Source: Macrostomum lignano (taxonomy: Eukaryota). From it: 64,000 nucleotides of DNA. Location of the stretch: contig NIVC01001013.1 of the NCBI GenBank assembly GCA_002269645.1, positions 185,142 through 249,141 of the forward strand, read 5' to 3'. Under the pieces are notes generated by a model. The model saw only the letters and a list, made by a program, of their open reading frames with translations, was not told where the DNA came from and made no database searches. Each line of letters opens with the position of its first letter. The first letter of the stretch is position 1. The position numbers and the translations under genes were made by a program. This document shows, in pieces, positions 54,321-64,000 of the stretch.

Positions 54321-56905
54321 GTCTTTCTATCTAACTATCTAATTATCTATACTATTTAATTATCTATCTATCTGTCTATCTAACTATCTAATTATCTGTC
54401 TATCTAATTATCTAATTATCTATACTACCTATCCATCTATCCATCTGTCCATCTGTCGACCTGCTTTGGAGAACCAATAAATTTTGGCAATTACAACCAA
54501 CACAAATAAACATACCGTTACAATCTCTGGCACATAGGCCTCCAAATAGTGCGGCTCGGTAACTTTCAAATACGGTATCGAAGCGACCATGCGTTGCCAT
54601 AGAGACAGCAGATAGTGCACGCTATTCGATCCAAAATTGTACAGCTGCAAGCTGCGAACAGTAAAATCGGCGATGAGTTTAATAAACTCATCATAGGCTT
54701 CAATCCGAACCAACTCGCCAAGCTGATAATTAGACTTGAGCCGGGCAACCAGTCGGCAGAATTCGTGATAACACGACGGATCGTTCAGACCAACAGGATT
54801 GCGCAGAATGTCGCGAACTCCGCGAACCAACGAATTAAGAAATGCGGCCCGTTCGGCATTGGAGAACAGGGAGCGGCGGATTGAGGCCACCTGGACTAGG
54901 CAGGCCAGGGACAGCGGAGCCAGGCTGGCAGGCAATCCGGAGAACAGCTCAAAGAACAGGCCGGGCAGTACGCAGTCCTGATCGAAGAAGGCCGGCCGCC
55001 AAGAGGTCGGTATTTGGACGGTGCTCAAATCGTCGGCTGATTCGTCGCCAGCTGTGCCGATGAAATCAAAGTTCAAGCAGTTCTTTACTAGGCGAAGCGT
55101 GTGCGCTAGCAGATTGTGCTCGGTTGATGACGGATCGGCGACCGAGCTGCTGAGCGATTTCAAATTCGAGGACGCGTCGCGTAGCAGAGAGCAGCCGAGT
55201 CGGAATATTTCGAATAACTGAGAGTCGCGGAATGAGGAAGCGATTTTCCTGTGCATGCTCAGGGAGCGGCTGGACTCCTGCAGGGAGATTAATTAGGCAG
55301 ATGGCGAGGTAAAGCTTAGTACTAACAGTAGTAGTAGCTAGTAAAAAAGCGATATAAAGGCCTGATGTTTCCATTTTATGAATATTGTATATTTTGAAAG
55401 CGTAACAAACTAATACACCCCGCGCTAGAAGCCTAGCACACACCAATTAGAGCACCTAGCACACCAATTAGAGCACCTAGCACACCAATAAGAGCACCTA
55501 GCACACCAATTAGAGCACCTAGCACACCAATTAGAGCACCTAGCACACCAATTAGAGCACCTAGCACACCAATTAGAGCACCTAGCACACCAATTAGAGC
55601 ACCTAGCACACCAATTAGAACACCTATCGCACCGATTAGAACACCTAGCACACCAACTAGTGCACCTAGCACACCAATTAGAGCACCTAGCACACCAATT
55701 AGAACACCTATCGCACCGATTAGAGCACCTAGCACACCAATTAGAGCACCTAGCACACCAATTAGAGCACCTAGCACACCAATTAGAACACCTAGCATAC
55801 ACCAATTAGAGCACCTAGCACACCAATTAGAGCACCTAGCACACCAATTAGAGCACCTAGCACACCAATTAGAGCACCTAGCACACCAATTAGAACACCT
55901 AGCATACACCAATTAGAGCACCTAGCACACCAATTAGAACACCTATCGCACCGATTAGAACACCTAGCACACCAACTAGTGCACCTAGCACACCAATTAG
56001 AGCACCTAGCACACCAATTAGAACACCTATCGCACCGATTAGAGCACCTAGCACACCAATTAGAGCACCTAGCACACCAATTAGAGCACCTAGCACACCA
56101 ATTAGAACACCTAGCATACACCAATTAGAGCACCTAGCACACCAATTAGAACACCTATCGCACCGATTAGAACACCTAGCACACCAACTAGTGCACCTAG
56201 CACACCAATTAGAGCACCTAGCACACCAATTAGAGCACCTAGCACACTAATTAGCACATCTAGCAAAGAATTAGGGCAAATAACTATTTTTGCACAACTA
56301 GCATAGCAAACTCATTAGAACACCTGGACCCAGCACACTAATTAACAGAAACCTATTTTGTAACTGCATTGGAAGGCCTATGACTTCCAAGTGACTAACA
56401 TGCTCACCTGATCAGCAAACGTATTCATCTCGGCAACCAACTGTGAGAGCAGCTGCACTCCAATCAGCACATGCTGCGAGTCCGGTCTCTGCAGAAAATT
56501 AGTAATTAACTGAACAACATTTCGAAACGGCCAATCCTCTTTACTGTCCGAGTCGAACCAGCCCAGCCGAGTCAGACGGCAGAACAGCTGGGCCAAGCTC
56601 TGCTGCACGTAGCTAACTAGCTTGCCAGAATGCTGGGCTAAGTACCTCAGCACATAATTGCGCATCTCTAGGCGCTCTTCAACTGACAGACTAAGCGAAG
56701 GCTTTGACAGCAGTTTAGTGAGACTGTTGCTGGCAACCAGCTGAGAATAGGGAGAATTGGCCCGTTCCAACAGCAGTTGACATTTTGACATGCACAATGG
56801 ATCATTGGTCAAGTTCACTAGCGCTTTCTCAGCCTCTGAGCGCAATGAAGCATCCTGCGTCTCATACAGCTGCTTGCACAGCAGCTCAACCTGCTCAACT
56901 TCCAT
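49533..56905 (-). CDS. XPO7: Exportin-7 (RanBP16/17 family), about 1091 aa, join(56905..56408,55277..54516,54150..53611,53024..52542,51188..50565,49901..49533)
   Basis: [22 protein letters not shown]; [10 protein letters not shown]; [21 protein letters not shown]; HFPFL; [12 protein letters not shown]; [15 protein letters not shown]; [15 protein letters not shown]; [15 protein letters not shown]. All introns are phase 0; introns 3 and 5 need GC donors. Confidence 0.96.
50100..50510. repeat. Degenerate about 40-bp repeat (AATAAATCCCCATAGCAACCCAGAATT..) in XPO7 intron 5
   Basis: Read directly. Confidence 0.85.
50565..51188 (-). CDS. XPO7: XPO7 exon 5
   Basis: Acceptor GGCAG|GTC; donor CAG|GCGAGT. 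Confidence 0.88.
51310..52520. repeat. GA-rich degenerate repeat (GAGACAGTGAGATGGGAGAGG..) filling XPO7 intron 4
   Basis: Read directly; it is stop-free in one frame, which creates the artefactual 868-aa ORF. Confidence 0.93.
52542..53024 (-). CDS. XPO7: XPO7 exon 4
   Basis: [36 protein letters not shown]; donor GAG|GTTTGT. Confidence 0.92.
53160..53580. repeat. Degenerate repeat containing GGGGTCA-n1/2-TGACCCC palindromes in XPO7 intron 3
   Basis: Six palindromes read directly. Confidence 0.85.
53611..54150 (-). CDS. XPO7: XPO7 exon 3
   Basis: [27 protein letters not shown]; donor AAG|GCAAGT. Confidence 0.9.
54250..54450. repeat. (CTAT)n / GATA microsatellite in XPO7 intron 2
   Basis: Read directly. 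Confidence 0.95.
54516..55277 (-). CDS. XPO7: XPO7 exon 2
   Basis: Acceptor CCTGCAG|GAG; donor ACG|GTATGT. Confidence 0.93.
55430..56250. repeat. 21-bp repeat (AGCACCTAGCACACCAATTAG)n in XPO7 intron 1
   Basis: Read directly. Confidence 0.97.
56408..56905 (-). CDS. XPO7: XPO7 exon 1 (importin-beta N-terminal domain)
   Basis: ATG at 56905 ([15 protein letters not shown]); donor CAG|GTGAGC. Confidence 0.92.
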
Positions 56906-57741
56906 GTTTGTATTGGCGCTAAATTTAAATATGGTTGATAAACTGAAATAAGCTGAAATTTGCACAGTAAATCAAATATTGTAAAATGTTTTATTAACTA
57001 TAGCTTATTTATCTTCTTTGGACAGAGGTTTACTAAATGAGTTATCAATAACTTTCTTAATTCTTAGTTTCTTTGTTAGAAGGCTTGCATAGTCTAATTA
57101 AATTAAACTCCTGATTAATAATAAGAACTAGCAATGATAGAAAAATCAACTATTTTTGTTTTTAATAAAAGCATAAAGCAAACATATAATTAAAATTCGT
57201 TTTATACTTCAAATACTTATTTGCATCAACTTCACTGAAAAAAGTCTTATAAAGTTTTATGAAGTATATTATTTATAAATGCACAAATTCTAAAATTACA
57301 CTAGCCATAAGACTAAGTTTTGACTGAAAATGTGACTTAGTTTAGTAGCTTATCAAAAGCAAGTAAAAATCCTTAATTTGTTAATATTGTCAATTGTAAT
57401 TACACTAGAAATTGTGCATATATAGACTTAACATAAAAAATTCTAAAATTATAACCTAAAATCTAATCCTAGATGCAAATTTACCTTTGAGGAACAAAAG
57501 ACCATCAATATTTTAAATTCAAATTCAAATTTAAAAAGATTTAATAGACAGAACAACTTTTAACTATTAAAATTTTAACTTTTATTGAGAAATAACTTTT
57601 TAAACAAATAAAGGCTAGAAATGTATCATTAAGAATTAAGATGCTAATCTTAGAAATCATTTGAATTATTTTTTACATCTGCTTAATGCCCTATAAAATA
57701 CCTTATGAGATTGACAAATACCTTTTGGCAGAAAGCTTATA

Positions 57742-58595
57742 CGAGGGGCGTCCGGAAAGTAGTGTTACTTTTGCTTGGTGTGGACGTATGGACAGTCACA
57801 CTTGCATGTGCTTGGTGTCATTTGAAAGCGGCAAGTCTCTTCTTTAAAATGACACCAATTGCAAGAGATTTGAATCTGTGCTTCAAGAGATATGGACGAT
57901 TAAGTAGAGAAAGGTCAGTCATAGACTTACAGAACCTCAAAAATGTCAACAGAAAACTTTTACGATTTTATCGATTCTTTCGTAATCATGGGCTGTCTAT
58001 GGCCAAATGTGATGCAGTGAACGAGAGGGGCTGTCTCATAAAACTACGAGACTTGTAAAACTGCTTCTGCTGCGCCTGCAAAGTTTATTGACATTCAATT
58101 TTCAATTTTGAACTGCAACTGGATGTGCATTCAAAGACTGGGCAGCGACATGCCATCTTTACACTTTGGAGCTCCGGAACCAAATCGGCTGACATCCACA
58201 GGCAAATTTGCACAGCTCATGGCGACCATGCTGTCAGCAAGATGACAAGTCTGCCAACCGATGAATGATTTTAATGTTGTTCGCTTGTGTGATAATTTGC
58301 TTGTTTTCTGTTTCACCTGCTTCTGTACTGTACTGTTGTGTTTTTTGTTTTTTCTGGAGTAATTACGCTCGTGATAAAAGTTTTCTGTTGACATTTTTGA
58401 GGTTCTGTAAGTCTATGACTGACCTTTCTCTAATTAATCGTCCATATCTCTTGAAGCACAGATTCAAATCTCTTGCAATTGGTGTCATTTTAAAGAAGAG
58501 ACTTGCCGCTTTCAAATGACACCAAGCACATGCAAGTGTGACTGTCCATACGTCCACACCAAGCAAAAGTAACACTACTTTCCGGACGCCCCTCG
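57742..58595. mobile_element. Non-autonomous mariner-like MITE, 854 bp, 221-bp TIRs, TA target-site duplication
   Basis: TA|CGAGGGGCGTCCGGAAAG.. at 57740 and ..CTTTCCGGACGCCCCTCG|TA at 58597. TIRs at 57742-57962 and 58375-58595, with one mismatch noticed by eye. Confidence 0.93.
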
Positions 58596-58739
58596 TATTA
58601 TCAAGGTTCTTAGAAAGGTACCTAGATCTGGATTTTTAGAATAGTAGAACTAGCAATCTACACCCCCATTGGGGCGCCAAAGAAATGCAATATACGTTTT
58701 TTTAATAAGCTACATATATATATCCTTGAAATCTTAAAA

Positions 58740-59460
58740 AATCTCCTGTCAAACCTTGTAAGCCTTGACATGTCAATAATTCCCCCCCACAAGCTTTAAC
58801 ATATCAACTTCCCCCCTTGACATCTCAGCAATGCCCCCAATAAGCCTTGGAAATCTAAAAATATCTGTCAACCTTCTAAACCTAACCCTAGCCTAACCCT
58901 AACCCTAACCTAACACTAAAGCATTGAAATTTCAGTAATTCTCTCTAAGAGTCATAATAGCACTACTGCAGCATTATAGCGATTCCCTGCAAGCCTCGAC
59001 ATTGTAGGGATTCCCAAATGAATCTCTTAATTTCGACATAAAGCTTCTTTTATTTTTTACATTACGCTTTTTTATCAGCGATCCCTCCCCTGAGGAGGCA
59101 TCAAATAATGTAATAAAAAGTTTTCAATAAACTACATGTAGCTTCTGACTTTAGCCTTGAAATCTCATTTATACCCCCGTGAGCCTTGACATCTCAGCTA
59201 TTCCCCCCATAAGCCTTGACATGTCAGCGATAGCCTCCATAAACCTTGATATCTAAAAAATCTCCCGTTAACCTTGAAACCCGATAAAATATGACCCTCA
59301 ACCCACACCTGACCTAAACCTAACTTTAACCCAACCTAAAGCCTTGAAATCTCAGCAATTCTTCTCCCCTAAGCCTTGACATTTTAGTGATTCCTTCTTT
59401 AAGAATCAAGCACTATAACGATTTCCACCAAGCTTTGACATCGTAGCAATTCCCAAATGT
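58740..59460. repeat. Degenerate AGCCTTGACATCTCAGCAATTCCCC repeats interspersed with CCTAAC runs
   Basis: Read directly. Confidence 0.75.
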
Positions 59461-61149
59461 ATCTTTTAACTTGAACATGAATTTTCTTTTATGTATACAT
59501 ACGCTCGTAGTGCTACTTTTATTTTTTATATGACTCTTCTTCTATCAGCGCCCTCCCGTGGTGAGCCAACAAAGAAAGCAATAAAAAATGAGTAAAGTAC
59601 ATGAACTTTGAAGTAGCTTCTGACTTTTACTTTGACATCTCAGAAACCCCCCTCCTGTAATCTCAGTTATTCTCTGAGCCTTTACGTCTCAGTTTTTCTC
59701 CCCAGCACAGCATTATAGCTGCATTTAATTTTTACATGACACCCTTCATGTCTGACATGACGCTTTTTTATTCTACCATGATGCTTCTTAATTTTTTAAA
59801 TGACACTTTTATTAGTTTTTAAGTAAGGCTTCTATGATTTTTTCACAAAGCTTCTATGATTTTTACATGACGCTTCTATGATTGTTTACATGACGCTTCT
59901 ATGATTTTTTTAAATGATGCTTCCATGATTGTTTACATGACACTTCTATAATTCTATAAATACTGCTAGGCCTATATTTATTGGATTACAGTGCTATAAT
60001 TAGACATTTTACCTGATTTTATGCCAGGCAAAATTTTTTGCACAATGCTAATATTATCCTCTAGATTGCTTCTCTACAACCCCTAAAAATGTCATTTGAG
60101 ATATTTTTGCATACACTATTATATATTGGGCATTTTAAAAGTTTTTGTTTTAAATTTTGGCTAAATATATATTCTATCTCTGCATTATCATGGGGGAGAA
60201 CAAGCAATACTTAGACCAAATGTAGTAAGAGAGGACAATCTCTATCAGTGTCAGTAGCAATGCAGCTCTAGAAGTCAATTGTGATATCCATGCTTGTTTA
60301 GTATCTCTTTCAGGTGAAGTTAGTAAAAGTGCACCTTAGCTCCAAGTTGCTAATCTCTATGTCAAGCACAAACACTGGCAGATATTGTGCTAAGATAAAA
60401 ACCTAGTGTCCAGTACTAAAGTAAATGATTAAAATAGTCCTGACTCCCAAGATTGGTAAATGGCATAAGGTCAAAAAGATAATTAGCATGCACTTGTAGT
60501 AGCAACCACAGCTAGGTCCTATTTATTCCAATAATAATAAGATAAAAGTAAAAATACAAAGATAGAACTTAAATGATTATGTTTATCCAAATATCATCTC
60601 TTACAAAGGCAAAAAGGCATTTGTACCTATATTTGCACCATTTTTGTGCCTGAATCATAGCATTGTTACATTGGTTTTATTTTGTTTTAAATTTGAATAA
60701 TAAGCAATTCCAAGCTAAAAATATAGTTTTATAAGAGATAAGGCATAAAATTGCACTTTGTACCCAATTTCAAGGTGCAATTATAAGGCTGAGTCAGTGA
60801 ATGCAATTTCTCTTAGTTAAAAAAATTAGGAATATAAACATATTTATGGATATTTTCTTGTGTCTTGTTTTTTTATCTTGTATATATATGCCTTGACTTC
60901 TTGTCTCATATTTCTTGATCTTATTCTAAGGCATTACAAATGAGGCTTAAAAAGAAAATAACTTATAAAATGATACCTAAACTATACCCACTTTGTTAGT
61001 TTTAAAGTGCAATTTTAAAACTCAAAGATGGTATAATATGCATACTTTGCAGTGCACATAAAAAACCTAGCTAAATATCAATTATTAAATTTATATATAT
61101 ACTTATATATACAAACTTTAAATATAGCCTAATGTATCTTTACATGAAC

Positions 61150-61770
61150 TAATGCAGGCAAGACAGAGGTACTGCATATGGGTAATAACAATGCCCCACC
61201 ACTGACCCTGCTCAATGGCAAGGCCATCTTAATCATGTACAGCAACTTCCACTATCTAGGCACCCTTGTGATAAGCTTAGAGGCGATCATTATAGATAAG
61301 AGGACCTAGGCCTGGTATGCCATGCACCATCTTAGGCCAATCTTTACCTCCAAAGTATAGGACAACCTGAAGATCTACTTGTTCTATGCCACCATAGAGC
61401 CAATCCTTCTCTATGGCATGGAGGCTATCCCAATGACAACTACATGAGAGCGGGCCCTTGATACAATGCTCTACAATCTGCTACATAAAGTGCTAGGCCT
61501 GTACTACTTGGCTGTTTTCCTGATAGCCCAGCTGATAGAGAGATCAAAATTGCCATCCCTTAGTGCCATGCTCTGCCAACAATGCCAGGCCTTGCTAAGA
61601 CACTGCCTATGGTAGTTTGCCCATGGCAACAACAACCCATTTAGACTAGCCATTCTGTACCCATTGATCAAATGGTTTTAGCGCAGCTAAGGGCAGAACC
61701 AGACACTCTAAAAAACACTTGTTGCCAACTTGAAGGCAATTGGACTGACCTCCTAGACTGCTGCAATCCA
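61150..61770 (+). pseudogene. Non-LTR retrotransposon (LINE) reverse-transcriptase C-terminal remnant, heavily mutated
   Basis: GKTEVL..FHYLG..AWYAMHHLRPIFTS..LKIYLFYATIEPILLYGMEA..ERALD..LLRHC matches the KTE..FKYLG..LKIRLF.ATVE.ILLYG.E..RRRL.LAGHC pattern; several in-frame stops. Confidence 0.8.
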
Positions 61771-64000
61771 TCTTGTCTTTCTTTTTCATAATTGTATAGG
61801 CCTATGCGCTAGCACCTCCCAAACCTAGTGTCATTGTATTGATTTATAATGCATCTTACTAAAGCTAAGGTTTAGAATTTGTTTAAAATGTTTGATTTTT
61901 ATTTTGATCATTTAGATATAGATAAAAACAAGAATTTTGAGCAAAGATTAGGAATTGCTAGGCTGAATCTTATAAATAGGCCTACTAAGAATAAGTTGTT
62001 TTAAGCAAAATTTGATTAGGCCTAGCACTTTTTTACCTAGGCCTAGCCTAAGTTTAGCTTTTAATAAGAAAAAAATCAAATAATTATTTGGATAGGCCTA
62101 TTTAAACAAACAATATTTATTATATAGTAGCAAAGATAAAACAATTGAATTTCAATATTAAATTTTTATTATTATTATTACTATTATTAATATAACCGTC
62201 TAGATACTAGGCCCCTATATAATTATAATTTTAGCAAATTTAGGCCTATCTATAATGAAATGATCAGATTCTCACATTGATAGTTAAAGTGATAATAACA
62301 TGGAAATGTTAAAAGTTAAGTGTTTTGGCTCTGGAATAAAACAAACAATTTTCAGCCAACTGAGAGCCAACTAAACTTACTGAGGTTGGGAAAATGCCAG
62401 AAAGAAAATGTTGCAACTTGCAAAAATCTAGACTTCATGTTGCTAATATTATAGTCTGGAATCGACATACATAAGCTTTATTACTAAAACTTATTTTAAA
62501 AATTATCTAGAGTTTTTAACTTGAAGTGTAATTAATGCATTTATTTGTGGTAGGATTACCCAGTTTATTCAGCCAGCCTAGTTTGACATTTAATATTATC
62601 AAGCGATAAGCATTAATCGCTTTCCTTTCTTTTTCAATAAATTTAAAAGTTACTATATTAACAAACGTCTCACTAAAATACTAGCACCTACGCCAACGGT
62701 TCTGCATTTTTATGATTTTCTAATTTAGGCCTGCTTACTATAATTACGCACAGAATTATTTCTATTGCAAATGTCTTTATGTAGACAATTATTTGAAATC
62801 CATCGAAATTTCACAGTTCATCGAAAATTACACTCGAAAAGCTTATCATCGACAACCTAACAAGTATATAGCCTACATCCGGCCTACACGGGCAGGCAGG
62901 CATGAGCCCATATGGGTTTAGTACAGTCATGGATCTAGTATGCTAGGCCTATGGGCTATGATAACAATAGTTTTTATTTGTTCCTTTTATTTTTATTAGC
63001 ATTTTAGTTTGTGTGCCTTTTCGATTGATATTGATAGATGATAGTGTCTATATCTAGTAGGCTACTAGGGACAGATTTAAGGGAAAGGGAAGGCAAGAGG
63101 GGTAGTAACCTCCCCCCTGCCCCTTGTAGGGGTGTGGTAATGATGGCGCCCCTATGAAGGCATAGCATGGGCCTAGTAGTAATATAGTAATGATGGCATT
63201 GGCATAGTAATGAATACTAGTAGGCCTAACTATTCTTTTTGGCTGGCACTGCTGACAGTGGCAGTCATAAATATTATCAATAATATTCTAAACATCTAAA
63301 GTAGACCTATAATACTTTGTATAGCCTAGGAATAGGCCTTTAAATCCAGATTCCAGAATAGGCCTAAGAAAAAAGATATAAAACTATCAAAAATACAAAC
63401 ATAGGCGATAGGCCTAGCCGCCTAGTCTAATTTGCTTAGCTAGGGCCTAACTTAATAGGCCTGGCCCGCCTAATCATACTATAAGCTTATACATCTCTTC
63501 TAATTTTATCTTTGACAAATGTCAATGATTTTTTGCCATATTTTATTTGTTATAGGCCAATCTATCATTCTATGTCATATATGTAGAAAGTCATTTTGTT
63601 TACCAATTTAAGAATTTTTATATTTTAAAAATTTTCAAGCTTATAAATTACATATTGAGTTTTAGCTTTTAAAATTCTAATTAGGCCTTATAAAGAATTC
63701 AAGTCTTAATGTAAAAAGACCCTTCTTAATGATTTTTATTAATATTTAAAAATTTTATATACAATAGGCCTAAGGCTAGTACTTTATCTTAACAAAATTA
63801 TATTTCTACTATCAAAGGTAGCTATCACAAGTTTCTATATCACATTAATTTAACTTTAAAATATTGATATAAAAGTTATCACAATATTTTATTAGTTTCA
63901 ACTAATTCTATTAAGTTATTAGCATGGATACTAAATTTCTAAAATAACTAGATAGGCCATTTATAATTTAGACATATATACTTAGTAAAACAGCTTTCTA

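Noticed and set aside
57705-58575. Paired ORFs on opposite strands in the MITE
   Set aside because: They are mirror translations of the terminal inverted repeats, with no transposase motifs.

Overview
Eukaryotic (animal) genomic DNA with GC/CpG-rich exons and introns filled with tandem repeats. The style suggests a free-living flatworm such as Macrostomum, but that is inference only. I reconstructed four spliced protein-coding genes by hand. On the + strand are a small 2-exon gene (4580-5420, weakly Rdx/SelW-like) and a 2-exon short-chain dehydrogenase (6199-8427) whose intron carries a decayed mariner transposase. On the - strand are a 20-exon kinesin-3 of the KIF1A/UNC-104 type (44983->16109, about 1728 aa, with one frame break and an extra paralogous exon) and a 6-exon exportin-7 (56905->49533, about 1091 aa, with two GC-AG introns). 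Between and inside the genes lie more than 30 micro/minisatellite arrays (one 6-kb array has an exact 2,932-bp higher-order duplication), three MITE families, two tRNA-derived SINE-like elements and a LINE RT remnant. The most notable observations are: (1) a CpG-free, apparently hypermutated right end with inferred CG->TA double transitions and a TAGGCCTA cluster; (2) an alternative KIF1 stalk exon; (3) an inverted copy of the XPO7 3' end upstream of KIF1; (4) splice acceptors just upstream of all four ATGs, resembling SL trans-splicing; (5) a bacterial-type SDR. No CRISPR, rRNA or intact tRNA gene was seen.
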